Source: a phage
Sequence record: PZ242158.1
Direction: 5' to 3' (one strand)
DNA length: 64,000 nucleotides
Shown here: one piece after another, positions 1 through 9,276 of the stretch
Layout: each line of letters starts with the position of its first letter
Position numbering within the stretch: position 1 is the stretch's first letter
Notes under the pieces: generated by a model
What the model was told of the DNA's origin: nothing
The model's input: only the letters and a program-made list of their open reading frames with translations
Databases searched by the model: none
Made by a program: the position numbers and the translations under genes

Positions 1-27
1 ACCTATTACAAAGGCTCACTGGCTAAG

Positions 28-903
28 ATGGTCAAACTGGGTGCAGGAGAGGCTCCAGCAGCGACTCAGCAGCAAAAACAGCAACAAGGTGCACAATCAC
101 AAGGTCAGAAGCAGAAACCCCAGCAGAATGCCAATCAGGACGTTTTACGCATCTATGGGGATGTGACTCAGATTGTTGGCAACGTGGTTACTGTAAATGA
201 CCACAAGATTGGCGAAGGTGCTATGGTTGTAACTGATGAGCAGCTTAAAGACCTGGTGGTAGGTGGTCGTGTTGCAGCCATTGTTGACAAAGACACCGGA
301 AACATTATCAGTGGTTTCAAAGCCTATCCACCTAAGGCAGAGAACGGCACTCAAGGCTCTGGTGGCAAGCGTAAATCCTCTTACGACCCTATTGGTGTAG
401 AGACGGGGCATAGCATCAATGCTTTGCAGATCATCCTGGATCGCGGGTTTAAGGTGGATGACCCACTAAGCGTGGCTAAAACACTGCACGTAGTCACCAT
501 TGAGCTTAAGAAAGAGTATGCTCAAGCCACCAACCGAACTGAAGATGAAGTAGGTGCCAGTGTCGGTAATGCGGTGTTGAACGCTTGTCGCCGTATTGAC
601 AAGAAAACGAAAGTTGATGATTTTGCAGCGGCAATTACTGCAGAAGCAAAAGATGTCTTGACTAATCTGGCTGAGCCGTTGTACGATTGGATCAAGAACG
701 GTGCTGAGTCCACTGACCATCAAGAACCTCAAGCTGCCAAACAGGAAGCCGCTCCACAGCAAAACACTGTAGACGCTCCTCCTGTAAATGATGAGGAAGA
801 TGACCCGATGGGTCAGAATCCGGCGCAGTATGACTTCTGTGATGACATACCTTTCGCTCCGGTAGGTTTGCAATATGGCAAAAGTAGAATCCACGCATTG
901 TAA
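28..903 (+). CDS. hypothetical protein with Gln-rich segment and acidic SSB-like C-terminal tail (..DFCDDIPF then 16 more residues); no in-frame stop before position 28 so the true start may lie upstream of the window
   Basis: Long ORF; acidic tail with DDIPF motif resembling bacterial SSB C-terminus; 3' end overlaps next gene. Confidence 0.45.
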   Translation: MVKLGAGEAPAATQQQKQQQGAQSQGQKQKPQQNANQDVLRIYGDVTQIVGNVVTVNDHKIGEGAMVVTDEQLKDLVVGGRVAAIVDKDTGNIISGFKAYPPKAENGTQGSGGKRKSSYDPIGVETGHSINALQIILDRGFKVDDPLSVAKTLHVVTIELKKEYAQATNRTEDEVGASVGNAVLNACRRIDKKTKVDDFAAAITAEAKDVLTNLAEPLYDWIKNGAESTDHQEPQAAKQEAAPQQNTVDAPPVNDEEDDPMGQNPAQYDFCDDIPFAPVGLQYGKSRIHAL

Positions 904-1498
904 GAGGTGCATCAAGTGCGGAGAGGTGAAAGACCTCTCCGAGTTCTACAAACACCCAAAGATGTCTGACGGTCATCTTAATAAGTGCAAAGAGTGTTGC
1001 AAGAAGGCCAGCAGGGAGGCTGACCAATTTTCCCACGACTCTTCAGAAAAAGGTGTAATACGCGTGCTGTACAAGGCTCAAAAGTGCAACAGCAAGCAAA
1101 GAGGTCACCCGCCTCCGACTTACACCAAAAAAGAGTTTAAGGAGTGGCTATACCTAAACGGTTACAAAGAGTTGTATGATCAGTGGGTAGCCAGCGGATA
1201 CGACAAAAGGAAAAAGCCTTCTTGTGACAGGATAGATGATTTCAAAGGGTACTCTTTTGATAATATCCGTTTAACGACTTGGGGAGAAAATAAAGACAAG
1301 CAGACAGAGGATATTCTGTTGCATAGAAGCACCAGCGGTAGACGGTGTAAAAATGTAAGGAGGCTGGACATGAATGGCAACGTTCTTAAAGAATGGGTAT
1401 CCCACAATTCTTGTAGAAGAGAAACCGGAATATGTGTTGATTACTACATTCATGAAAAAATTCCAGCCCCAGATGGATACCTCTATGAATACTTTTAG
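875..1498 (+). CDS. homing-endonuclease-like protein (N-terminal CxxC..CxxC zinc-binding loop; C-terminal PSCDRID..GY..N motif, His-Me/HNH type)
   Basis: Cys-rich N-terminus [28 protein letters not shown] and DRID-GY-N motif typical of phage free-standing endonucleases; overlaps 3' end of upstream gene. Confidence 0.5.
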   Translation: MAKVESTHCKRCIKCGEVKDLSEFYKHPKMSDGHLNKCKECCKKASREADQFSHDSSEKGVIRVLYKAQKCNSKQRGHPPPTYTKKEFKEWLYLNGYKELYDQWVASGYDKRKKPSCDRIDDFKGYSFDNIRLTTWGENKDKQTEDILLHRSTSGRRCKNVRRLDMNGNVLKEWVSHNSCRRETGICVDYYIHEKIPAPDGYLYEYF

Positions 1499-1560
1499 CA
1501 CCTAACTAACATAGCCCTGCCCGAAAGGGTGGGGCATTTTTGTATAAGGAGATCTGAAAA

Positions 1561-1977
1561 ATGACATTAGAAGATATCATTGTTAAACCTGAGAACTATG
1601 ACCAATACAACCTGTCAACTCAATCTGTAGACTTTGGATGCGCCACGGTCAGTGCGTGGCTGGTTAACGGAAAAGAGCTGGATAAATGCTTAGAAGCTCA
1701 CATGTCTATTAACAAGTTTCTGGATGAAAATACTCACTGGCTTGAGGGTGCAGGCGTATATGCTTCATGGTTGGAGAGTATGGGATTCGACTACCAATCT
1801 GAAGAGGGGTGGTGGAGCTATTTAGCTATCTGCCCAGAGACGCTGCAATGCTTCATGAAATATTCTGAAGATTTAGAGTATCGCGCTGTGGTTGACAGTG
1901 CTATTGCCCGTTATAGCCGTAAACCTTTTTCCCACGACATTAAAACTGTGGAAGAATTTGTTGAAGTTTTCTGTTGA
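1561..1977 (+). CDS. hypothetical protein
   Basis: ORF with AAGGAG RBS 8 nt upstream of ATG. Confidence 0.5.
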   Translation: MTLEDIIVKPENYDQYNLSTQSVDFGCATVSAWLVNGKELDKCLEAHMSINKFLDENTHWLEGAGVYASWLESMGFDYQSEEGWWSYLAICPETLQCFMKYSEDLEYRAVVDSAIARYSRKPFSHDIKTVEEFVEVFC

Positions 1978-2073
1978 CACAGGTTGAAAGGTGTGCAATT
2001 ATAACTTCATAGAACGGGAGGACGTGATGAACGAAGAAAACTGGGATGTATAACTAACAGGAGGCCACTGCCC

Positions 2074-2271
2074 ATGATTTATAGAATCCGTGTAAGAGAA
2101 GATGCACCAGGTTGTTACTTTGACTGGCGTGGGTGGTGGTTTCTCCACCCGATGGATGGACTCACAGATAGAATGCTGGATGCTGCCCTTTATACAGATA
2201 CCGATATAGAATATAATCTCTATCTGAAGGATGGTATAGATAACGGTCTATTTGAAGCAATTCCTGTGTAA
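2074..2271 (+). CDS. hypothetical small protein
   Basis: ORF with AGGAGG RBS upstream. Confidence 0.4.
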   Translation: MIYRIRVREDAPGCYFDWRGWWFLHPMDGLTDRMLDAALYTDTDIEYNLYLKDGIDNGLFEAIPV

Positions 2272-2339
2272 GAAACTGTGATAGCCATGTTTTATGATCT
2301 TCCTGTAGCACCACCACCTGTTGAACCCGGAGAACTAAG

Positions 2340-2765
2340 ATGATCTATGAAATGCCAAAACTGATTCGTGATGATGCCCAAAACGCTCACACCATTATTA
2401 TGGGCAAACGTATGGATATTATTTGTCATAAAGATTTCTGGGAAGGAAGTTACTTCACAGAGTATTTTGGTAAACTGGACAATGGTCTGCTGATCCAGTT
2501 CTACACCGATGCGGAAAACAACATTCACTGGGAGTTCGAAACTGAAGATATCCATAAACTTTTCACCTTCCTCGGTATTAAGGTTGAGGCCAAGTTTGAA
2601 GAAGGTGAGTGCGACGATTGTGGATTCTATGAGGTAACAGATTTCTACCTTCCAAGTGGTAAAAATCTCTACTACGAAAGCCACTTCGGCAACTCAAATA
2701 TGCCACAGGGTTGGGATGAGTTTTTGGAAATTGCAGAAGAGGAGCTGGAATACCGTGATTATTGA
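2340..2765 (+). CDS. hypothetical protein
   Basis: ORF 141 aa, co-directional. Confidence 0.5.
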   Translation: MIYEMPKLIRDDAQNAHTIIMGKRMDIICHKDFWEGSYFTEYFGKLDNGLLIQFYTDAENNIHWEFETEDIHKLFTFLGIKVEAKFEEGECDDCGFYEVTDFYLPSGKNLYYESHFGNSNMPQGWDEFLEIAEEELEYRDY

Positions 2766-3213
2766 TACTGTAAAGGGAGATCTAATCTCCATTTTCAAGA
2801 AAGGGTCAGGCCACATGATCCACGGTTGTAACTGCTTTCACACAATGGGTGCAGGTATAGCGAAAGATATTGCCCGTGAGTTCCCTCAAGCACTGGCAGC
2901 CGACAAAGAGACTGCTTATGGTAATCTAGACAAGCTGGGTATGTTTTCTTGTTGGGAGCATTTTGCCAAGGCCAGGGTCGTATATGGAATCAACCTGTAT
3001 ACCCAGTTCTACCCAGGGCCCAATGCTGAATACTTCTCAATCATGAAAGGTTTTGAGCGAGTCAACGAGGTATTCAAAGGTATGTCATTGCCGTTCTACA
3101 TTCCTAAAATCGGATGCGGTATTGGAGGTCTAAAGTGGAAACATGTAGAAGATGTAATTAATCTTGCAACCACAGATATTGATGTGGTTGTAGTAGAGTA
3201 CAAAAAGTGTTGA
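2755..3213 (+). CDS. macro-domain-like protein (ADP-ribose binding/processing); start placed at GTG overlapping upstream stop, ATG at 2656 is an alternative
   Basis: Motifs GDLISIF, HGCNCFHTMGAGIAKDI, PKIGCGIGGL resemble macro domain signature (GDIT / NAAN..GGGV / P.I..G..G). Confidence 0.5.
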   Translation: MIIDTVKGDLISIFKKGSGHMIHGCNCFHTMGAGIAKDIAREFPQALAADKETAYGNLDKLGMFSCWEHFAKARVVYGINLYTQFYPGPNAEYFSIMKGFERVNEVFKGMSLPFYIPKIGCGIGGLKWKHVEDVINLATTDIDVVVVEYKKC

Positions 3214-3464
3214 CGACCATCTTCTGAGGTGATATAGTTTCCACAACAACTAAGAGAGGAGAGCACTGTGGAGACTAAAATCTTAATTCTTGCTGTGGTA
3301 GATACAACCGAAGGAGCTATATTCGAATCTGCAGGAGGGTATTTCTACCTACCATACGGAAAAAGAACTTCCGAGCCAAGTAAAGATTCAATCCTCAAAG
3401 TGTTCCCGTGTGCTTTCTGGCTGGAGATTTTGGTATAAGATTGCAGATGATTTGGGAGAGAATT

Positions 3465-3659
3465 ATGAGAAACAAGAAAGAACTTTACTCTGGTGAGTGG
3501 ATCAACGATCAACAGGTGGGAGAGGTAACCTGCTTCCGATGTTTTACCAGGTACAATCTTAAAACTGCACCAAAAAGTGTTCCAAAGACTGATGGTTATT
3601 ATATAAAAGAACCTCATTGCCCAAAATGTAAATGCCGATTGTACTGGAGCAATCTGTAA
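3465..3659 (+). CDS. small Cys-rich (zinc-ribbon-like) protein
   Basis: CFRC ... CPKCKC pattern; GGGAGAG RBS upstream of ATG. Confidence 0.4.
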   Translation: MRNKKELYSGEWINDQQVGEVTCFRCFTRYNLKTAPKSVPKTDGYYIKEPHCPKCKCRLYWSNL

Positions 3660-3722
3660 GAGGTTGACATCTGAAAACTGCAGTGTATAATATACGCATA
3701 AACTAACAGAGAGCGATGTATT

Positions 3723-3914
3723 ATGGTAATTTTTAACCGAGATGGTATCATAGTTAGACAGCACCCGTTCCTTGAATACTATCAAATTGAGCAATGGTGC
3801 TACGGGGATTGCAGTCACTCCTATGGGCAAAGTTGGGGATACCGTACAGTTTTTGAATCCACAGACCTTGACAAAGTAAGACAGAAAGTTTTAGAACTTA
3901 TTAACAACAAGTGA
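3723..3914 (+). CDS. hypothetical small protein
   Basis: ORF 63 aa. Confidence 0.4.
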   Translation: MVIFNRDGIIVRQHPFLEYYQIEQWCYGDCSHSYGQSWGYRTVFESTDLDKVRQKVLELINNK

Positions 3915-3921
3915 GTATGAT

Positions 3922-4257
3922 ATGGTAACATTGGAAAGACGTAAAGCTATCGCCGCCACACTGGCAGACATCTTTTGGGATTGCAATTTAAAAGATACCC
4001 GATATTGTGGCGCATCTGTAGATGCATTATTCCCACGGCCCACTATTGTTGCAATGGGAAACCTGTCAAACGTGGTGTATGGAGCATGGGACAAAGAAGG
4101 TGGATTTTATATCTGGCAACCTGACTACGGGACCTGGAAAGAGGTAAGGGGTGCGGATGACTTTGGGCCTGCAGTTGCCAAAACGATGGATGGCTGGCAA
4201 ATTTATGTTGGAAATGACATGAAGCTGAAAGGCGAGATTGTTTACTGGTTACCTTAA
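3922..4257 (+). CDS. hypothetical protein
   Basis: ORF 111 aa. Confidence 0.45.
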   Translation: MVTLERRKAIAATLADIFWDCNLKDTRYCGASVDALFPRPTIVAMGNLSNVVYGAWDKEGGFYIWQPDYGTWKEVRGADDFGPAVAKTMDGWQIYVGNDMKLKGEIVYWLP

Positions 4258-4277
4258 GAAAGTGCAGGAGATAAAGT

Positions 4278-4523
4278 ATGAACAAAGGGTGGACATTTGT
4301 AGACGGCGTTGAAAACATGCCTCTAGGAAAGTATATTGTAGCCATGGCAGATGAGAATGGTAAGGTAGATTTCGGAGCTTGCGAGATTGTTCTTGCAGGA
4401 TCTGGTGACCATGTGCACAAAACTGGGATAATTAACGGTCATTTCTACTTTGATTACAACCCTGTTGTGGCGTATATGGCTATGCCAGAATTCGAGTTCC
4501 CAAAGGAGGGTGCGGATGTTTAA
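4278..4523 (+). CDS. hypothetical protein
   Basis: ORF 81 aa with GGAG RBS. Confidence 0.45.
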   Translation: MNKGWTFVDGVENMPLGKYIVAMADENGKVDFGACEIVLAGSGDHVHKTGIINGHFYFDYNPVVAYMAMPEFEFPKEGADV

Positions 4524-4713
4524 GCTTAAATCTGCATGGAACATCGCTGTGGGAGACGAGATCCGCATCCCAGGCGGAAAGACAATCATGAAGATATCTC
4601 GTATCGAGTACGAAGGTGATCGTGTATTCCACATCTTTGCAGAAGATGGTCGAGAAATTTATATACAGGCAGGTTCTCACATTTATATCCGTAAGAAAGG
4701 GGACGACAAATGA
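4516..4713 (+). CDS. hypothetical small protein
   Basis: ATG preceded by AGGAGGG; overlaps upstream stop. Confidence 0.4.
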   Translation: MFKLKSAWNIAVGDEIRIPGGKTIMKISRIEYEGDRVFHIFAEDGREIYIQAGSHIYIRKKGDDK

Positions 4714-5039
4714 CAGAGATCATCATTTCAACTGCAGGGTATGTGTTCCTGACAATCATTGCACTGACTATTTTGGTTACAGTGTATGGGTTTGTTATCC
4801 TTCCTATCCTTGAGACATTTAGTTTGTGTCGGTGTTGGAGAAAAGCTTACGGGCCACAACCGTGGAAGGACTGGCCTCACCTGGTGCGCTTAGCGTTCTC
4901 TTATGCTTACGATCACTCTAGCAGTGCATGCATAACCGGATACCACGCCCACAATTGGAGCTGGGAAGGGTTGAGGAAGTGGAATGTTACAAAGACTATA
5001 CCTCTCCGCATGTATAAACCTAAAAACAAAGATAGCTGA
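4710..5039 (+). CDS. hypothetical membrane protein
   Basis: Two hydrophobic segments near N-terminus; ATGA start/stop overlap with upstream gene. Confidence 0.45.
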   Translation: MTEIIISTAGYVFLTIIALTILVTVYGFVILPILETFSLCRCWRKAYGPQPWKDWPHLVRLAFSYAYDHSSSACITGYHAHNWSWEGLRKWNVTKTIPLRMYKPKNKDS

Positions 5040-5340
5040 TACTTGAAAATTTCTGGCATATCAAGTATAAGGGGGATTTCTAAAATGGATTTCCTCCTTT
5101 TTGATATTTCACCAGGCCAGATATTTTAAAATTCTTAGAAAATCAGAAAACGGATAGAAAACTAAAATGGATTTTTCAGGGTAGACACGATGAGCTGAGC
5201 CACTCATCCTATCGTTTGCGTCATATTCCGGGCTACCATTCCAGATTTTCCGCGTATGCTCACACCCTTCTACCAGAACTTTCCCACTCGCCCTTGGCCT
5301 TTTATGGCAATAATCCAGCCACTATCTTGAAGTTGCGGTA

Positions 5341-5540
5341 CAGCTCTCCAAGTACTCGATCTGTTTTTCGTTTCAAAGATTGAATTTTCTGAAAATTTTT
5401 CTCGATAAATTTCTCAGTACTCGATCTGTTTTTCGTTTTCTGAATCGGATTTTCTGGAAATCGTTCCAGCTCTCGACCTGAAATTTTTGGGGACGAAATC
5501 GATTTTTCGTTTTCAGAAATGGATTTTTAAAATTTCTATA
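5341..5540. repeat. imperfect tandem repeat array (three units of about 52-74 bp sharing CAG(C/T)(A/T)CTCGA(T/C)CTG..TTTTTCGTTT)
   Basis: AGTACTCGATCTGTTTTTCGTTT present at 5351 and 5416; related unit at 5467. Confidence 0.6.
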
Positions 5541-5643
5541 TGGGAATATTTTATGGGATACTGTTTTATAGGAAATTGTTACGGAGGGTAATTAGCATGC
5601 TAATTAAATTTATTAAATGCGAGGAGTTCTCATTTAGAATTTT

Positions 5644-5660
5644 GAATGATAATCATTCTC
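5644..5660. promoter_or_regulatory. Fur-box-like palindrome GAATGATAATCATTCTC
   Basis: Core AATGATAATCATT matches the E. coli Fur box core (GATAATGATAATCATTATC). Confidence 0.4.
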
Positions 5661-5773
5661 GTTTGCAGAATAACGGGCAGGCCCGGTGATTGTCTCCCGG
5701 CCCCTGTTGCCCCGGCTTGTTATTATAGTATCACACAGGACAAAGAAAGCAAGGATTTTTTGCATAAATTTTT

Positions 5774-5799
5774 AAATGATAATGATAACCGTTCTCATT
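5774..5799. promoter_or_regulatory. Fur-box-like palindrome AATGATAATGATAACCGTTCTCATT
   Basis: Imperfect palindrome AATGATAAC-C-GTTCTCATT; related copies inside the 434-bp repeats. Confidence 0.35.
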
Positions 5800-6234
5800 T
5801 TATGCAGCGCCCATCCCCGGTGGTTGTCTCCCCCGTCACCGGTGCCTGCCGTCCTTTCGATAGGCATATTGTGCCACCTGGCGGGGCCGCTGTCAACACT
5901 TCTTCAAAAATTTTTTCTAACATAATGCACCAACCGCTGCAACCTGGCGGGGCCAGCCTGGCAGGACCTGACTGACCAGGTAGGAGAGAGTGAAAACTTG
6001 CAAACCTGGTAGGCCTATGCTACAGGGCAGGTAACAATTGAAGAGGAGGTACAAAAATGAAAAGTAATATAATCCCCTGGAAAATGTAGCGATCAACGCC
6101 GCTGAAGTTATCACCCTGGTTGAAAAGGCTATGGCGGGAGCGTTGGAACATAAAGAAGAGTACGAAAAATGATGGTTAACCTGGCAGGGGCGGCGGCTGG
6201 AGAATTCTTCCCAAAAAATAATTCTAACTAATGG

Positions 6235-6262
6235 TTGACAGCTCGGAGAGTTCTGTTATTCT
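6235..6262 (+). promoter_or_regulatory. sigma70-like promoter (TTGACA-16-TATTCT)
   Basis: Consensus -35 with 16-bp spacer upstream of 6316 gene. Confidence 0.45.
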
Positions 6263-6315
6263 TATCCTCGCAAGGTGAACAACACCACACTAATTAACAG
6301 AGAGGATAAAAAATC

Positions 6316-6513
6316 ATGAACGCCTACGGAATTAAAGTACGTCGCAACACTCACCAGGCCGTCACCGATCAAATGGTTTGCCAGGTGGACGTAACCATCA
6401 ACAACGGGCAAGGCCTTTATAAATTCCGTCGCGGTCAGAGCTATACCCGGCAACAGCTTAATCGTTGCGCCCTGACAAAAGGCCAGATCAACCACTGGTT
6501 TAATAAAAAATAA
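6316..6513 (+). CDS. hypothetical small protein
   Basis: AGAGAGGATAAAAAATC-ATG start context. Confidence 0.45.
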   Translation: MNAYGIKVRRNTHQAVTDQMVCQVDVTINNGQGLYKFRRGQSYTRQQLNRCALTKGQINHWFNKK

Positions 6514-6516
6514 GTA

Positions 6517-6545
6517 TTGACATATAGTCTGACACCAAATACACT
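6517..6545 (+). promoter_or_regulatory. sigma70-like promoter (TTGACA-17-TACACT)
   Basis: Consensus -35, 17-bp spacer. Confidence 0.45.
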
Positions 6546-6577
6546 AAAAGCACAAAAGACACTAAGAGGATAAAATC

Positions 6578-6976
6578 ATGAAAACCACTACCTTTAATTT
6601 TGATAATGCGGACTTTTCTTTTTCTGATGTCAAGAACTGCCGCCGTGATCGTGGATTTTACAAGGCTTATAATCTGGTGGGCCTGGACGATGACAATAAT
6701 TTGCACGAAGTAGCTGAGATCCGGTATTATGCCGCCGCCAGTGGTAACACTCACTACTGCGTGTTTTGGATTCACGACAACAAGAACAATAAGTACGGTT
6801 ATACTGGCGGCAAGGCGAGCGGTCACGGTTACGATAAAGCTAACGCAGCACTTGAGAGCGCATTAAATGCTATGGGGATCACTGCCGACGGCTGGATCTA
6901 CGAAGAAGAGTTTTTGTCGGCACTTGCTGACCACCTGGGCTATAAAAAGCACATTGTGACATGCGCCCACGAATAA
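6578..6976 (+). CDS. hypothetical protein
   Basis: AAGAGGATAAAATC-ATG start context. Confidence 0.5.
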   Translation: MKTTTFNFDNADFSFSDVKNCRRDRGFYKAYNLVGLDDDNNLHEVAEIRYYAAASGNTHYCVFWIHDNKNNKYGYTGGKASGHGYDKANAALESALNAMGITADGWIYEEEFLSALADHLGYKKHIVTCAHE

Positions 6977-6982
6977 AAATCA

Positions 6983-7010
6983 TTGACACGCTGCAAAATT
7001 TAAGTAAACT
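6983..7010 (+). promoter_or_regulatory. sigma70-like promoter (TTGACA-16-TAAACT) followed by 5'UTR hairpin GGCGGGAATGTTTCCCGCC
   Basis: Promoter plus perfect stem-loop at about 7021-7039. Confidence 0.45.
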
Positions 7011-7058
7011 AGACACAAAAGGCGGGAATGTTTCCCGCCAACACAAAGGAAAAAGATC

Positions 7059-7463
7059 ATGAATAAGAACGTACGCCGCATCATGAATGAACTGGCAAAC
7101 GATGAAAAAATTATTGACATGCATTTGATCAACATTTGCCGCCGTTGTGTAACATATAACAACCGCGCCGCAAAAGCGCGTGAGATGAACGCAAAAGGCA
7201 CCTTAAAGCCATTCCAGGTGGTGGTAAAGGCCATTAAAGATGTAACTAATACGGCAAACCAGGTACAGGGGAGCACCAACGAGAGTACCAATATTGATCC
7301 GGCTTACATCATGAAACGGATCCGGACCTGCAAGAACAAAGAGCAAGTGTATAATGTCATAGACTGGTTGGATTCTATGGGCGATGTGGTGTACAATAGA
7401 TTCTCTGCAGCTATTGAGATCCAGCTTGACAGGTTAGACGGTAAAGTACTTAAAACTTACTAA
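7059..7463 (+). CDS. hypothetical protein
   Basis: ORF 134 aa with upstream promoter and hairpin. Confidence 0.5.
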   Translation: MNKNVRRIMNELANDEKIIDMHLINICRRCVTYNNRAAKAREMNAKGTLKPFQVVVKAIKDVTNTANQVQGSTNESTNIDPAYIMKRIRTCKNKEQVYNVIDWLDSMGDVVYNRFSAAIEIQLDRLDGKVLKTY

Positions 7464-7474
7464 ATTTATTTTTA

Positions 7475-7510
7475 GATGGCCTTGACTCCAGGGCCATCAA
7501 TAAAGTAAAT
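7475..7510 (+). promoter_or_regulatory. repeated terminator-hairpin/promoter module (GATGGCCTTGACTCCAGGGCCATC hairpin containing TTGACT -35, 17-bp spacer, GTAAAT -10)
   Basis: Near-identical 45-bp element recurs at 8096 and 11836. Confidence 0.45.
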
Positions 7511-7543
7511 TAATCTCAGCTAAGCGAAAAAGGGGGCTTTAAG

Positions 7544-7663
7544 ATGAGCACTACACGCCAATACACAAAGGTAACTATTATCGCCTGCGTTGTCGGTTAC
7601 ATCCTGGCGCAAATGTTAATGAGCAGCGCTAACAGTTTTGCAAAATTTTTCTTAAATTTTTAA
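7544..7663 (+). CDS. small hydrophobic peptide (39 aa)
   Basis: AAGGGGG RBS; hydrophobic core IIACVVGYILAQML; below ORF-track size cutoff. Confidence 0.3.
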   Translation: MSTTRQYTKVTIIACVVGYILAQMLMSSANSFAKFFLNF

Positions 7664-7691
7664 TTGACAAGCTAACTTAGATTGATATACT
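7664..7691 (+). promoter_or_regulatory. sigma70-like promoter (TTGACA-16-TATACT) with downstream hairpin GGGAAAACTTCCC
   Basis: Same architecture as promoter at 9527. Confidence 0.45.
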
Positions 7692-7742
7692 TAAACACGT
7701 AAACGGGAAAACTTCCCAGAGCACACAAAAGGAGAAAACACC

Positions 7743-8084
7743 ATGACTACTATGACCGCCGCAGAAAAAGCTATTCAGATCGCCGCACTGAAAAAACAGA
7801 TCGCAGACCTTGAGAACAAGATCGATAACTTTGAAATCGACGAGGACAAGTACGACGAAAACTATGATGAATGGTTAGACGAGATCTACGGCGAAATTAT
7901 GATCGGAAACATTTCTTTTCTTCCGTCGCGTATCCTCAAGGAGCTAGATCCTATCGCTTACCGCTGCGGATTTAGCGACTACATCGACAGCCTGGATATT
8001 GAGGACGATGAAGAATACCAGGAATTACAGACAGAGTTAGAAGAAGCAAAAGAAGAGCTTGCAGAACTGGAAGAAAACGAGTAA
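7743..8084 (+). CDS. hypothetical acidic coiled-coil protein
   Basis: ORF 113 aa, Glu/Asp-rich. Confidence 0.5.
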   Translation: MTTMTAAEKAIQIAALKKQIADLENKIDNFEIDEDKYDENYDEWLDEIYGEIMIGNISFLPSRILKELDPIAYRCGFSDYIDSLDIEDDEEYQELQTELEEAKEELAELEENE

Positions 8085-8095
8085 GATTATTTTTA

Positions 8096-8140
8096 GATGG
8101 CCTTGACTCCAGGGCCATCAATAAAGTAAACTTTATACTG
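8096..8140 (+). promoter_or_regulatory. second copy of terminator-hairpin/promoter module
   Basis: GATGGCCTTGACTCCAGGGCCATCAATAAAGTAAA repeated. Confidence 0.45.
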
Positions 8141-8173
8141 TTAACACTGAACTAATGCATAGGAGTTAAAACC

Positions 8174-8419
8174 ATGGCAGCACTAATCACCAAATATTAT
8201 GCCCCTACCAACACCAAAAGCGCCCGTATCATGGTAAAAGGCTTCGGACGTAAAAAGGTGTACACCTGGGATTATGCCTTAGACACGGAAGACAACTACA
8301 CCAACGCGATGACCGATTTTATTAATGATCTGAACACGCGGATCTTGACAAATTATAAAATTACCGATATTGCCTATATAGGGGAAGGCGGGATCTGTTT
8401 TGTCGGTATCGTCAAATAA
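8174..8419 (+). CDS. hypothetical protein
   Basis: ATAGGAGTTAAAACC-ATG start context (identical context at 12773). Confidence 0.5.
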   Translation: MAALITKYYAPTNTKSARIMVKGFGRKKVYTWDYALDTEDNYTNAMTDFINDLNTRILTNYKITDIAYIGEGGICFVGIVK

Positions 8420-8494
8420 GCTGTTTTTTCGGTGGTCCTGGTAGCAGGGCCATCTATAAAGATAGTTTATCAATACAATGAAAGGAGAAAGTAC

Positions 8495-8848
8495 ATGATC
8501 AGCGGGGCAAGTTTTATTATTGGCGCTATTGCTACGGCTTTAATTGTAAACAAGATCCAATCTAAAAACGAAAAAGATAGCAACGCCCTTACAGAATACC
8601 CGTTTTGGGTATTCAACGACAATGAAGACTATATTATCAAGTACAAGAATGAGAAGGGCGACCAGGTAACACCGCGACCGATCCCGGCTTACAAGATGCA
8701 AGAAACACTATACCGCCTAAAGGCTGGAGGCGCAAAAATCGTAGACTTTTGGGGATACGATCACACAGATCAGGAAGTTATAAAGCGCCGTATCCGGGCT
8801 ATTCAGGCCAATATTGAAGTTAGCAAGGGGGGAATATATGAAGATTAA
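8495..8848 (+). CDS. hypothetical protein with N-terminal transmembrane segment
   Basis: AAAGGAGAAAGTAC-ATG; hydrophobic N-terminus. Confidence 0.45.
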   Translation: MISGASFIIGAIATALIVNKIQSKNEKDSNALTEYPFWVFNDNEDYIIKYKNEKGDQVTPRPIPAYKMQETLYRLKAGGAKIVDFWGYDHTDQEVIKRRIRAIQANIEVSKGGIYED

Positions 8849-9035
8849 TTTTGAGAAGATTGTAAAGCGATCTCATGCTTCCGAAGAGCTGCCGGAACGC
8901 CGCCAGCGCAACAATAAACTGAATAAGCCAAAAAGATTTGGGAAGATCTGGCGAAATCATTATGATCGCAAATTACCGGGCCTGCTTTTGGAACGTGAAC
9001 GACAGGCGGAACGATACCGCCACAAAGGCAAATAA
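8838..9035 (+). CDS. hypothetical basic small protein
   Basis: Overlaps upstream stop; Arg/Lys-rich. Confidence 0.35.
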   Translation: MKINFEKIVKRSHASEELPERRQRNNKLNKPKRFGKIWRNHYDRKLPGLLLERERQAERYRHKGK

Positions 9036-9043
9036 CAACCAAC

Positions 9044-9070
9044 GCCCCGCCATTGTGCGGGGCTTTTTAT
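9044..9070 (+). terminator. rho-independent terminator (GCCCCGC-loop-GCGGGGC + T-tract)
   Basis: GC-rich hairpin followed by TTTTTATTT. Confidence 0.6.
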
Positions 9071-9276
9071 TTCTATCCTACGAATAGCGCCCCCGGTTGG
9101 CCCTGTAAGCGCCAAAAAGGCCCCACCTATGCAATCGCCCCCCTTTAACCTGAAAACATCGCTTAGGGCCGTTTTATGGCGTTAAAAATATCATTGACAG
9201 TGATTTTATTTAAAGCTTGACATCTTAAACAGGTTAGCTATACTAACCACATCAAAGAGAGAAAGGAGTAAACGCC

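Noticed and set aside
5646-5975. ORF of 109 aa across the GC-rich repeat region
   Set aside because: No convincing RBS; sequence is dominated by repeated CCCGGTG..TTGTCTCCC and CCTGGCGGGG elements; product Pro/Gly-rich and low complexity.
5874-6193. Sigma-54 promoters suggested by recurring CTGGC(A/G)GG motifs
   Set aside because: The GG-to-GC spacing required for the -24/-12 elements is not satisfied; the motifs look more like parts of GC-rich hairpins.
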